Source of the DNA: an uncultured Bifidobacteriaceae bacterium
Lineage (GTDB): Bacteria; Verrucomicrobiota; Verrucomicrobiia; Limisphaerales; UBA11358
Assembly (NCBI GenBank): GCA_964532525.1
Contig: CAZHIM010000006.1
Span: 46,309 to 110,308, forward strand
DNA length: 64,000 nt
Direction: 5' to 3'
Below are positions 27,504-37,170 of this stretch, one piece after another (the stretch's first letter is position 1; each line of letters starts with the position of its first letter). Both the position numbers and the translations under genes were made by a program. The notes beneath the pieces are model-generated. The model worked only from the letters and a program-made list of their open reading frames with translations. It ran no database searches and had not been told where the DNA came from.

Positions 27504-28538
27504 TCACGCTTTCTGGTTCTGCACCTGCCGCGTGATTTCAAAGGCCAGGTCCAGCGCGCGCCGGGCGGACTCGCCGCTGACGATGGGCACCTGCCGTTCC
27601 CGGACGCATTCCACAAAGCTCTGCAATTCCAGCTTGAGCGGCTCGTCCTTGGCGATGGGCACCGGTTCCCGCACGATCTTCTTGCCCATGAACTCGGTCA
27701 CGATGGCCGAGTCCTTGCCCACGCCCAGCTTGGCGGCGAGGATCTTCTTCAACAGCGGCGTGGCCGGCTCGCTGTCGCGGGCGATGCGGGTGATGAACCC
27801 TTCCTGCGCCCGGTAATCCAGCGAGATGTAGCACGGATTCGTGGGGCCGCTGAACACGCGGATTTTCCGCATCCGCTCGGGGCTGATGCGGCTGGCGGTG
27901 AGGTTGGCGATGCAGCCGTTGGCGAAATGGAGGCGCGCGTTGGCGATGTCCGCGCTCTTGCTCAGCACCGGAATGCCCACCCCTTCCACGCTGATGACCG
28001 GCGACTTCACCAGCGCCAGCACCACGTCGAGATCGTGGATCATCAGGTCCAGCACCACGCCAATGTCCGTGGAGCGGGCCGGAAAGGGCGACAGCCGGTG
28101 GCACTCGATGAACTTGGGCTCGGTGGCCGCCTTTTCGAGATATTTCAAAATCGGGTTGAAGCGCTCCACGTGGCCCACCTGCAACAAGCAATGGTTCCGC
28201 TGCGCCAGTTCGCACAGCTCGGCCGCCTGCTCCGAATCGTCGGTCATCGGCTTCTCCAGCAGGATGTGCTTGCCTTGGGCCAGCAGCCCGCGGGCGATCT
28301 CAAAGTGCGTGGACGTGGGCGTGGCGATGTTCAAGGCGTCGCTGGCGGCGGCGGCTTCGGCGATCGAGGCGAACACCTTCAGCTTGTGCTTCTCGGCAAT
28401 CTTGCGGGCGGTTTCGGCGTTGGCGTCGAATATGCCGGTCAGTTCCACCTGCCCGGCGGCTTGAAGTTCGGAATAAATGCGGGCGTGATGCTGGCCGAGC
28501 GAACCGGTGCCCAGCACGGCGACTTTGACTTTGACCAT
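27504..28538 (-). CDS. Gfo/Idh/MocA family NAD(P)-dependent oxidoreductase
   Basis: VKVAVLGTGSLGQHHARIY Rossmann start, HILLEKPM, and a C-terminal alpha/beta domain. ATG at 28538 chosen. Confidence 0.8.
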   Translation of the reverse strand: MVKVKVAVLGTGSLGQHHARIYSELQAAGQVELTGIFDANAETARKIAEKHKLKVFASIAEAAAASDALNIATPTSTHFEIARGLLAQGKHILLEKPMTDDSEQAAELCELAQRNHCLLQVGHVERFNPILKYLEKAATEPKFIECHRLSPFPARSTDIGVVLDLMIHDLDVVLALVKSPVISVEGVGIPVLSKSADIANARLHFANGCIANLTASRISPERMRKIRVFSGPTNPCYISLDYRAQEGFITRIARDSEPATPLLKKILAAKLGVGKDSAIVTEFMGKKIVREPVPIAKDEPLKLELQSFVECVRERQVPIVSGESARRALDLAFEITRQVQNQKA

Positions 28539-28664
28539 GGGCGGAGTTTGCCAGAATCGCCACAGCCCGGCAAATCGTTCCCGCGCGCGCGGCGGATGTT
28601 TGAGTCTCCCCGCGCCGGGCGGTACACTCCCGGCCGAAGCAACACACGAAACCAAGCTACCTGC

Positions 28665-29687
28665 ATGAGCATGAAATTATTTACGGCCGGCGCCCTCCTC
28701 GCGGGGGCCATCCGGTTGGCCGGCGCGGCGGACTGGGTGAACATCTCCGATCCGCTCGTCGCGGCCGTGGCCAAAGACGGCCCGGCCATTCCCTGGCCGG
28801 GCAACACCGCCGGCGTGGCCGTGGATCGCACCCGCGGCACGCTGTACGTGGATGTCTGCAACGTGGGCCTGTGGCAAAGCGCCGATCATGGCCAAACTTT
28901 TCAACGCGTGGCGCCGGGGCAAATCAGCGGACGCTGCGAGTTCGGCTGCGCGCTCAACTGTGATCCCGCCGGCGGGCGCCTGGCCTGCCTGCTGCTCGAC
29001 GGCAAAGGCGGCCTGACCTTGGACGGCGGCCTGACCTGGCAGCCCTTCGCTCCCATGGGCCGCAATTGGGATTATGGCGCGGTGGACTGGTCCGATCCCC
29101 GGGCGCGCGCCATCTTTGCCGCCCGCCATGAAAGCGACGGCGAGACCTACGTGTCCGCCGACGCGGGAGCGTCCTGGCGGTTCATCGGCAAGCATCCGGA
29201 GTTCACCTCGCTGGGAATTTTTGACGCCCGCACGCTGGTGGCCGGCACCGCGTCCGGCATTTTGCGCAGCACGGACGCCGGCGAGACCTGGACCAATATT
29301 TCCGCGCTCCATCCCGCGGGCCGGCTGGCCGTTTATTTCAACGGGGCGACTTACTGGCTGGCGGCCGAGGGACTCATTGTCAGCCGGGACAAGGGCGCGA
29401 CCTGGCAAACGCTCGGGGCACCGGTGGACGCCGGCTGGGGACCGCTCTTTGGCAAGGATGCGCAGCACATCGTGGTGGCGGACTTCCAGGGCTTCCTGCA
29501 AAGCGCCGACGGCGGCCAGACCTGGCGGCGCCTCGCGCCGTTGCCGCCATTCGCGGGAGGATTGGTGCCGAAGCTGCCGGGGCAGTTCCTGGGCATCGCG
29601 TGGGATCCAAACGCGAACCTGCTTTATGCGTCGCGCATGGGGAGTGCCGCCTACCGGCTTCAGCTTGACGCGACGGCGAAACGGTGA
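28665..29687 (+). CDS. secreted BNR/Asp-box repeat beta-propeller protein
   Basis: Signal-like MSMKLFTAGALLAGAIRLAGA. Six Asp-box-like motifs: SADHGQTF, TLDGGLTW, SADAGASW, STDAGETW, SRDKGATW, SADGGQTW. Confidence 0.75.
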   Translation: MSMKLFTAGALLAGAIRLAGAADWVNISDPLVAAVAKDGPAIPWPGNTAGVAVDRTRGTLYVDVCNVGLWQSADHGQTFQRVAPGQISGRCEFGCALNCDPAGGRLACLLLDGKGGLTLDGGLTWQPFAPMGRNWDYGAVDWSDPRARAIFAARHESDGETYVSADAGASWRFIGKHPEFTSLGIFDARTLVAGTASGILRSTDAGETWTNISALHPAGRLAVYFNGATYWLAAEGLIVSRDKGATWQTLGAPVDAGWGPLFGKDAQHIVVADFQGFLQSADGGQTWRRLAPLPPFAGGLVPKLPGQFLGIAWDPNANLLYASRMGSAAYRLQLDATAKR

Positions 29688-29756
29688 ATTTGACGATGGG
29701 CCAATTTTTGCAAATGACGTGGCGGCCGGGACCGGATTTGCTAAATTCAACGGGCA

Positions 29757-32030
29757 ATGAACCCACACACACCCTCGAACATTGACCCGGCAACCCGCCG
29801 CGTCAAAATTCATTTTGGAAAACTCTCCACCCTGCCGTGGCGCGCGGCGGTGCTCGCGCTCAGCCTGGCGCTGCTGCCCGCGGCGCAGGCGGAACTGAAG
29901 CTGCCGAACGTCATCGCCGACCACATGGTCTTGCAGCAGCAACAGGCCAACCCGATCTGGGGCTGGGACAATCCTGGCACCAAGATCACGGTGACCTTCG
30001 CGGGCAAGAGCTATGACACCACGGCGGGCGAGGACGGCAAATGGCAGGTGAGCCTGGATCCGCAACCGGCCAACGCCGCCGCCCAGACGCTCACCGTGGC
30101 CGGCACGACGACGCGCGAAGTCCAGGACGTGCTGATTGGCGAGGTTTGGCTGTGCTCGGGCCAGTCGAACATGGAAATGGGCATCGGCATGGCGGCGAAC
30201 GGCGCCGATGAAATCGCGCATGCCGGCCATCCCGAAATCCGCCTGTTGATGGTGCCCAACCGCTGGACGCCGGAGCCGCAAACGAACATGGACGGAAATT
30301 GGAAGGTGTGTTCTCCCAAAACGGTGGCGGAAGGCGGCTGGAATGGTTTTTCCGCGGCGGCCTATTACTTCGGCCGGGAACTTCATGCCAAGCTGGGCGT
30401 GCCGGTGGGGTTGATCGAGCCGGATTGGGGCGGCACGCGCATCGAATCATGGACGCCGCCGGAGGGTTTTGCCGCCGAGCCGGCGTTGAAGCACGATTAT
30501 GAGTTGGTGGAGCTCGGCAACGCCCACACGGCGGTGCACCAGCAGCGGCTGGCGCTGTTTCTCGGGCAGACGGCGGAATGGCTGGAGGCGGCGCGCACGG
30601 CTTTGACCAACCAGACGCTCGTGCCCCAGATGCCGGCGTATCCCTCCGAGTTGCTGCCGCCGCACGACCTGCAAAATGCCACGGCGCTGTACAACGGCAT
30701 GGTTTTCCCGGTGCATCCGTTTGGCATCCGCGGCGCCATCTGGTATCAGGGCGAAGCGAACCTGGGCGAGGGCATGCTGTACGACACGCGGATGAAGGCG
30801 CTGGTGGGCGGCTGGCGGCAAGTTTGGAACGAAGGCGCGTTCCCGTTCTATTTCGTGCAAATCGCGCCGTTTAATTACGGGGACCATCCGCAGGCGGAGC
30901 CCGAGCTCTGGGAGGCGCAGGCCGCCGCGGCCAGGGAGATTCCCAACTGCGGCATGGCGGTGATCAATGACATCGGCAACCTGACGAACATTCATCCCAC
31001 GAACAAGCAGGAGGTGGGCCGGCGGCTCGCCTTGCTCGCCCTGGCCCAAACCTACGGGCAGACCAACCTGGTTTACAGCGGGCCCACCTTCAAGGATCTG
31101 GCACTTGAAGCCGGCAAGCTGCGCGTCAATTTCGATCATGCGGACGGGTTGGCCAGCCGCGACGGCAAGCCGCTGACGAATTTTGAAATCATTGATGCCA
31201 CGGACGGCGGATTCGTGAAGGCCGATGCCCAGATCGAAGGCTCGTCGGTGGTGTTGTCGGCCCCCGGCGTGGAGCATCCGGTGGCGATGCGGTTTGCGTG
31301 GAATCAACTGGCTGAACCCAACCTGATAAACGCGGCCGGCCTGCCCACCAGCGCCTTCCGCGCCGGCACCTTGCCCGCGCACGATTTTCTCAAAAATCAC
31401 GTGCCGGAAGCGCAGGGTTACCAACTGGTGTACGACCTCGACCTGAACCAACTGGGCGCGGACATCCACTGGCAGGTGGACAATCGCAGCCAGATTCACG
31501 GGGCGTTCGACCGCGTGGCCTATTGCCTGGAGCTGGGCGATGCGAACGGCGCCTGCCACGCAGTGTATGTTTCGATGGACGCCTTCACGGATTCGCCGGA
31601 TAAGATCGGCGTGCCGACATTCCAATCGGGCGCGCACTTTCAACAAAATGTGACGAACCTGACGGTGATTTCCGACGTCAAGGGGATCGTCACCGGCACC
31701 CATCTGGCGGGCGGCAACATCGAGTTCTGGCCGAACAATTACGGGCCGGAAAACTCGGCCAAAGTGCCGAACGCCTCGTCGTCCACGTTTGACTTCGGCG
31801 ACCAGCCGAACGACCCGGCCGACGGCTACGGCTCCATGCAGGTCCACAACCACGACGCCCGGCAGACCCTGTTCGCCATCAACCACTGGCGCGAAGGCAG
31901 CCATGCGGATATCGGCATTGGCAACGCGCCCACGGGCAACCCGGACTGGACCTTTGCGGGCAACGCCGGCAGCTACCAGACCAAGCGCCTGCGCATCCTG
32001 GTGCATTACGCGGGATCCTCGAATCCCTGA
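29757..32030 (+). CDS. sialate O-acetylesterase-like SGNH hydrolase with extra C-terminal domain
   Basis: LKLPNVIADHMVLQQ, GEVWLCSGQSNMEMG (GQSNM catalytic block), GAIWYQGEAN, VINDIGNLTNIHPTNKQEVGRRLA. The C-terminal ~230 aa was not recognised. Confidence 0.8.
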   Translation: MNPHTPSNIDPATRRVKIHFGKLSTLPWRAAVLALSLALLPAAQAELKLPNVIADHMVLQQQQANPIWGWDNPGTKITVTFAGKSYDTTAGEDGKWQVSLDPQPANAAAQTLTVAGTTTREVQDVLIGEVWLCSGQSNMEMGIGMAANGADEIAHAGHPEIRLLMVPNRWTPEPQTNMDGNWKVCSPKTVAEGGWNGFSAAAYYFGRELHAKLGVPVGLIEPDWGGTRIESWTPPEGFAAEPALKHDYELVELGNAHTAVHQQRLALFLGQTAEWLEAARTALTNQTLVPQMPAYPSELLPPHDLQNATALYNGMVFPVHPFGIRGAIWYQGEANLGEGMLYDTRMKALVGGWRQVWNEGAFPFYFVQIAPFNYGDHPQAEPELWEAQAAAAREIPNCGMAVINDIGNLTNIHPTNKQEVGRRLALLALAQTYGQTNLVYSGPTFKDLALEAGKLRVNFDHADGLASRDGKPLTNFEIIDATDGGFVKADAQIEGSSVVLSAPGVEHPVAMRFAWNQLAEPNLINAAGLPTSAFRAGTLPAHDFLKNHVPEAQGYQLVYDLDLNQLGADIHWQVDNRSQIHGAFDRVAYCLELGDANGACHAVYVSMDAFTDSPDKIGVPTFQSGAHFQQNVTNLTVISDVKGIVTGTHLAGGNIEFWPNNYGPENSAKVPNASSSTFDFGDQPNDPADGYGSMQVHNHDARQTLFAINHWREGSHADIGIGNAPTGNPDWTFAGNAGSYQTKRLRILVHYAGSSNP

Positions 32031-32087
32031 ACGAATTCCACCTCCGCCGGCGCCGGGACGCGAATGCGGTTCCCGGCGCCGGCGTTT

Positions 32088-33278
32088 TTATTTTAATTTC
32101 TTGAGGATGTCTTCCAAGCCGCCTTCAACGGCCTCGATCTCGAGGGGTTGGCCGGGCTGGGGCGCTTCGGCGGCTTTGGGGCTGGCGGCGGAGCGACGGG
32201 GTTTGGCGACGGAGTGCACCAGCAGGGGCGCGGGATAGGCGGGAGGCTCGGCCGCCTCGGTGTCCGGCGGTTCGGCGTTCTGGCCGGGGATGAACCATTG
32301 CGTGCGGGCGTCCAGCCAGCGGGTGTATCGCTGGAAGGTCCACATGTCGTGGTCGGCGCCGGTTTCCAGGGCGGAGACGATTTTGAAGAATTCGCGGGTG
32401 CGAATAAAATTTTTCACAGCGTGCGTGGGCAGCAGAATTTCGCATTCCGGCACGCGGATGTTCAATTCCGGACGGAAGCGGAGGCGCTGCGAAACGACCC
32501 CGACCAGGCAGTCGGCCAACTGGGCGCTGATGCCGCCCTGAATTTCCGCGGGGAAGGAGGACACGATGCGCTGCAAGGCTTCGGCGCAGGTGGAAGAGTG
32601 GACGGTGGCCAGGACCAGGTGGCCGGTTTCGGCGGCGTTCAGCGTCAGGCGCATGGTCTCGGGCTCGCGCATTTCGCCGATCATGAGCACATCCGGATCT
32701 TCCCGCAGGGCGTCGAGCAGGGCCTGCTCGAAGCCGGGGGTGTCGCGGCCCACCTCGCGCTGGCGGATGTAGGAGCGGCGCGGCTGGAAGGAGTACTCAA
32801 TGGGGCTTTCGATGGTGATGATATGGCGGGCTTCCGCGAGATTGATCTCCTGAATCAAGGCGGCCAGCGTGGAGGACTTGCCGCTGCCGGTGGGGCCGCA
32901 GACGAGAATCAGGCCGTTGGTGTGCTTGGTGAGTTTCTTGAGGTCGGGGTGCAGGTTGAGCTTGTCCACCGTGGCTTGAAAGGCGGAGAGCAACCGGATG
33001 GCCAGGCCGATGCCGCGCGAGGTTTGCAGGACATTGATCCGGCAACGCACGCCCTGGATGGTTTTGGACAGGTCAAAGGAACGCCGCTCTAGAAAAACCG
33101 CCCATTGGTCTTCGCCCAGGAGGGAACGGGCCATTTGCGCAATGTCCGGCGCCGGCACCGGCTCACCGGCGATGCGCAAGGCGCCGCGGACGCGGGTGGC
33201 CGCGGGCAGGCGCGATTCCAAGTGCAGGTCGCTGGCGCCGGCGGCGGAGGCGGCGCTGATTAACGATTCGAGATCCAT
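32088..33278 (-). CDS. pilT: type IV pilus retraction ATPase PilT/PilU family, with C-terminal extension
   Basis: GLILVCGPTGSGKSSTLAALI (Walker A), HIITIESPIEY, REVGRDT, LREDPDVLMIGEMRE, TGHLVLATVHS. Confidence 0.85.
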   Translation of the reverse strand: MDLESLISAASAAGASDLHLESRLPAATRVRGALRIAGEPVPAPDIAQMARSLLGEDQWAVFLERRSFDLSKTIQGVRCRINVLQTSRGIGLAIRLLSAFQATVDKLNLHPDLKKLTKHTNGLILVCGPTGSGKSSTLAALIQEINLAEARHIITIESPIEYSFQPRRSYIRQREVGRDTPGFEQALLDALREDPDVLMIGEMREPETMRLTLNAAETGHLVLATVHSSTCAEALQRIVSSFPAEIQGGISAQLADCLVGVVSQRLRFRPELNIRVPECEILLPTHAVKNFIRTREFFKIVSALETGADHDMWTFQRYTRWLDARTQWFIPGQNAEPPDTEAAEPPAYPAPLLVHSVAKPRRSAASPKAAEAPQPGQPLEIEAVEGGLEDILKKLK

Positions 33279-33303
33279 GGTTGGTCCACTGGGTTAGTCA
33301 ACA

Positions 33304-34089
33304 CTACTCAGGCTTGAAAGTTGCCACACCCAGGGAATTTTTCCAACCGGCAACGGCGGAGCGGATTTCCGCCGCACAGTTGGCGCGGGGCTTCACAAAA
33401 CGCGGCGTGAACCAGGGGAATGAGCCGATCAAATCGGGCGTCACCAGAATCTGGCCGTCGCAGTCGGGTCCGCTGCCGATGCCGATGGTGGGAACGGAGA
33501 TTTGTCGCGAAATTTCCCGGGCGACCGGCGGGCTCACCAGCTCCAGCACGATGGCAAAGGCGCCGGCCGCGGCGAGGGCCTGGGCGTCCTCGATCAGGGC
33601 CTGTTGTTCGGCCTCTATTTTGCCCTTGATGTGGTAGCCGCCTTCTTCCAGCACGCGCTGGGGCAGCATGCCCAAGTGACCGCAGAAGGGGATGCCGGCG
33701 GCAACGATGGCTTGCACTTGGGGCAGGATGTCGCGTCCGCCCTCGGCCTTGATGAATTCGGCGCCGGCGGCGGCGAGCTGGCGGGCATTGGCCAGGGCGG
33801 CGTCCGGCGTGTCATAGGTTTTGAAGGGCAAGTCGGCGCCGAGCAGGGCGCGGGGCTTGGCGCGGGCGGCGGCGCGCGTGTGATGGATCATTTCCGCCAG
33901 CGTCACCTGGGTGGTATCCGGATAGCCGAGCACGACCATGCCGACGGAATCGCCCACCAACAGGAGGGGCACGCCGCATTCGTCCAGCAGCCGGGCCATG
34001 GGGTAATCGTATGCGGTGAGGGCGGGGATTTTTTCGCCCCGGGTTTTCATGGCGCGGATTTCGGCGACAGTGACTTTTTGAGCATTCAT
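33304..34089 (-). CDS. panB: 3-methyl-2-oxobutanoate hydroxymethyltransferase
   Basis: ALTAYDYPMARLLDE, LLLVGDSVGMVVLGY, FIKAEGG, GHLGMLPQ. ATG at 34089 chosen. Confidence 0.9.
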   Translation of the reverse strand: MNAQKVTVAEIRAMKTRGEKIPALTAYDYPMARLLDECGVPLLLVGDSVGMVVLGYPDTTQVTLAEMIHHTRAAARAKPRALLGADLPFKTYDTPDAALANARQLAAAGAEFIKAEGGRDILPQVQAIVAAGIPFCGHLGMLPQRVLEEGGYHIKGKIEAEQQALIEDAQALAAAGAFAIVLELVSPPVAREISRQISVPTIGIGSGPDCDGQILVTPDLIGSFPWFTPRFVKPRANCAAEIRSAVAGWKNSLGVATFKPE

Positions 34090-34314
34090 TTTTACCACGA
34101 GTGAGGGAAGGTTAACAAAAGGGATCAATTCTTGTCATGGTATTCCTGATCATTAGCGGCAAGGATTCTTGACGCCGGCGGGGCGGAAGCGACGAGCGTA
34201 TCCGCAGGAATCTGGACCCAAGCCACCCAGGTTGTCCAATTTGTGACGATAAAACCTTGCTTTTGTGAAACCGGAGGCTTTCTTGGTGCGGCCGTGAATG
34301 CAGCGGAAAACAAA

Positions 34315-34998
34315 ATGAACGGGAAACCGCCGGTGGTGAATTATTGGCGCCTCTGGCTGTTTAATGCCGTGCTGGTGAGCGCCGGGATGCTGGGCTGGCT
34401 GGCGACGCAATATGGCACCTGGGAATTCTTCGGGGTGGCATGCCTGATGGCGTTGCTGCCATTCATCCCGGCCCTCGTGCTAGTGGGCGGCGGCGGCAGC
34501 ACCGTCTTCATCCTGACCCGGGTGAGGATCGAGAAGCGCTCGTTGCCGGCGGCCGCGGCGCGGGCGTTGTTGCTGGGGCCGGGGCTGGTTGTGTTTCTGG
34601 TATTTGTGCTGCTGGCCGCCGGCCAATCGCCGGAGCGCCGGCTGGCCTACATTTGCCACGGGCACGCGCCGGCGGCGCCCAGCCAGGTGCGGGTGGCCGG
34701 CTATTCCACTTTCCTCAACGAAGAATGGCTGGCGGTGTTCAACGTGGGGCCAACAGAATTTCAAACACTGGTCGCCCAGGCGGAACTGGTGCCAGCCGAC
34801 GCCTTTGAATTCAAAACCGTGATCGAGCGGTCGTCGCTCAAAAACAGCAAGTTGCTGCGGAGCTTTCCGTCACCCGACGAGTTGCTGTGTTACCGGCGCG
34901 TCTTCAAGCCGGGCGAGGAACATGAGCGCGGCAGCCTGTACGCCGTGTTTGACCGGGCCACTGCCACGGCGGCGGTGTTCCGGGAATGCCACGATTGA
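34315..34998 (+). CDS. hypothetical membrane protein
   Basis: 227 aa with three hydrophobic helices at the N-terminus, then a soluble C-terminal part. No family recognised. Confidence 0.45.
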   Translation: MNGKPPVVNYWRLWLFNAVLVSAGMLGWLATQYGTWEFFGVACLMALLPFIPALVLVGGGGSTVFILTRVRIEKRSLPAAAARALLLGPGLVVFLVFVLLAAGQSPERRLAYICHGHAPAAPSQVRVAGYSTFLNEEWLAVFNVGPTEFQTLVAQAELVPADAFEFKTVIERSSLKNSKLLRSFPSPDELLCYRRVFKPGEEHERGSLYAVFDRATATAAVFRECHD

Positions 34999-35021
34999 CA
35001 GGCGCGCCCGGCCGCTCGCCG

Positions 35022-36035
35022 TCAGGATGCGAAGCTGGCGAGCAATTCGGCCGGCGTGGTGATGGCGGTGCCGACCTTGCCGACGACGATGCCGGCGGCG
35101 TGGTTGGACAGAATGGCGGCCTCCATGGACGACGCGCCGGCGGCAATCGCCAGCGTAAAGGTGGCAATGACGGTGTCGCCCGCGCCGGAGACATCGAACA
35201 CTTCCTGGGCCACGGTGGGAATATGAAACGGCGCCTGGCCGCGCTGGCAGAGCAGCATGCCCAGCTCGCCGAGGGTGACGAGCAGCAGGGCGGGATGCAA
35301 TTCGCTGAGCAGCCGCTCGGCCACGAGCAGGAGATTCTTGTCCGCGAGCGGATCGGCATTCTTCGTGTCGTCGGGCAGGTTGGCCAGCTCAAAGGCCTCC
35401 TTGCGGTTGGGCGTGATGAGCGAAAGGCCGGCCAGGTTCAAACGATGCACCGGCTTGGGGTCCACGCTCAGCCAGATGCCGCGCTCGTGGCAGGTCTGTT
35501 TGATCTCATCCAGCAGCGGCTGCACCACCACGCCCTTGCCGTAGTCGCCGACGATGACGGCGTCCGCGCGGGTGATTTTTTTCTGGAATTCCGCGAGCAA
35601 GGCGGCGGTGGTCTTGCCATCCAAGCCGCCGCGGGTTTCGCGGTCCACGCGGACGACCTGCTGCTGGTGGGCGACGATGCGGGTTTTGACGCTGGTGTGG
35701 CGGGCGGAATTTTTTACGAGGCCGTCGCAGCCGATGTTTTGTTCGGACAGCAACCCCAGGAGCCGGCGGGCGGCATCGTCCTGGCCGATGACGCCGAACA
35801 ATTCGGCGGGGGTGTCCAGCGAGACGAGATTGCGGGCGACGTTGGCGGCGCCGCCGGGCATGAAGCTCTCGCGCGTAAAATCCAGGACCGGCACGGGGGC
35901 CTCGGGCGAGATGCGCGAGACGCTGCCCCAGATGAACTGGTCGAGCATGACGTCGCCCACCACGAGCACTCGGGTTTTTTGCGCGGCGGACAGGATCTGA
36001 CGGACACGGGCGGCGGAAAGTTTTTTAGCGTTCAT
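35022..36035 (-). CDS. hldA: D-glycero-beta-D-manno-heptose-7-phosphate kinase (RfaE domain I-like, PfkB family)
   Basis: VLVVGDVMLDQFIWGSVSRISPEAPVPVL, PGGAANVARNL, DVSGAGDTVIA (PfkB signature). Confidence 0.8.
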   Translation of the reverse strand: MNAKKLSAARVRQILSAAQKTRVLVVGDVMLDQFIWGSVSRISPEAPVPVLDFTRESFMPGGAANVARNLVSLDTPAELFGVIGQDDAARRLLGLLSEQNIGCDGLVKNSARHTSVKTRIVAHQQQVVRVDRETRGGLDGKTTAALLAEFQKKITRADAVIVGDYGKGVVVQPLLDEIKQTCHERGIWLSVDPKPVHRLNLAGLSLITPNRKEAFELANLPDDTKNADPLADKNLLLVAERLLSELHPALLLVTLGELGMLLCQRGQAPFHIPTVAQEVFDVSGAGDTVIATFTLAIAAGASSMEAAILSNHAAGIVVGKVGTAITTPAELLASFAS

Positions 36036-36181
36036 ATTTTGACCCGGGGCAAACGGATGACAAAAGGCAGAGCGGCGTTAACATTCCCCTGCGGCGCCCG
36101 GATTTCCTTCTAAATCATCGGCCAGAGTCATGGCCAGAAAATGTCAGCAGTCGCCTGGGAAGTCAACCCGGCGGAAACCGG

Positions 36182-36970
36182 TCAATCCAGGAACCCGGTC
36201 AAGGGGCTGGTGGCGCTGGCGGTGTCGCCGGGAGCGGCGAGGCCGCATTCAAAGGCGGCGCGGCCGGCTTCGACGGCGGTCTTGAACGCCACGGCCATCT
36301 TGCTGGGGTCGGAGGCGACGGCGATGGCGGTGTTGACGAGCACGGCGTCGGCACCCATTTCCATGGCTTCGGCGGCGTGGCTGGGGGCACCAAGCCCGGC
36401 GTCCACCACGACCGGCACGGTGGCCTGTTCGATGATGAGGCGGATCTGGTCGCGGGTCTGGATGCCGCGATTGGAGCCGATGGGCGAGCCCAGCGGCATG
36501 ACGGTGGCGCAACCGGCGTCCTGCAAGCGCTTGGCCAGGACGGGGTCGGCATTGATGTAGGGCAGCACCGTGAAGCCTTCCTTGATGAGGATTTCCGCGG
36601 CGCGAAAGGTCTCGATGGGATCGGGGAGCAAATAGCGGGGGTCGGGATGGATCTCGAGTTTGATCCACTTGGGCAGGCCGGCGGCGGCGGCCAGGCGCGC
36701 CAAGCGGACGGCTTCCTCGGCGTTGATGGCGCCGCTGGTATTGGGCAGCAGCAGGTATTTTTGCGGGTCAATGAATTCGAGGATGTTCGCGAAAGGATCT
36801 TTTTTGCCGCTCAAATCGGCGCGGCGCAGGGCGACAGTGACGAGTTCGGCGCCGCTGGCGGCCAGGGCGTCGCGCATGGTTTCGGGCGCGGAGAATTTGC
36901 CGGTGCCCAGAATGAGGCGCGACCGGAAAGTTCTCCCTGCGATGACCAGAGGATGACTGACAGACGACAT
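36182..36970 (-). CDS. thiG: thiazole synthase
   Basis: [78 protein letters not shown] at 36970 chosen. Confidence 0.9.
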   Translation of the reverse strand: MSSVSHPLVIAGRTFRSRLILGTGKFSAPETMRDALAASGAELVTVALRRADLSGKKDPFANILEFIDPQKYLLLPNTSGAINAEEAVRLARLAAAAGLPKWIKLEIHPDPRYLLPDPIETFRAAEILIKEGFTVLPYINADPVLAKRLQDAGCATVMPLGSPIGSNRGIQTRDQIRLIIEQATVPVVVDAGLGAPSHAAEAMEMGADAVLVNTAIAVASDPSKMAVAFKTAVEAGRAAFECGLAAPGDTASATSPLTGFLD

Positions 36971-37170
36971 TGGAAATAAGGTAAGAAAACACGGCGGATT
37001 GTCGAGGCGGGAACACGGCAGGTGGAGTCTGGCAAACTGCGCGTTCAGGACGCATGAATTCGTTTGGCGCGAGACCAGCCACTTCGTGGCTAATATCCGC
37101 TGTCGCTTCGCGACCCAACTCAAACCGAAGGCACAACCGGAGATTAGTGGTTCAACTGCCGTTCAACGAT

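Noticed and set aside
27318-28664. N-terminal 449 codons of the 789-aa plus-strand ORF 27318..29687
   Set aside because: This part is antisense to the Gfo/Idh/MocA gene and has no features. The real gene starts at the ATG at 28665, just before a signal peptide.
28677-32006. Two long minus-strand ORFs (28677..30386 and 30447..32006)
   Set aside because: They are antisense to the Asp-box propeller and sialate O-acetylesterase genes, which have clear catalytic motifs. Their translations are Arg/Gly/Ala-rich with no motifs.
36971-37170. Possible TPP riboswitch in the thiG leader
   Set aside because: I read the minus-strand leader looking for the CUGAGA and ACCUGAUCUGGAUAAUGCCAGCG-type cores. 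I found only weak fragments (ccugaacgcg...uugccagac). The region instead contains a copy of an interspersed repeat. An Rfam/Infernal scan would settle it.
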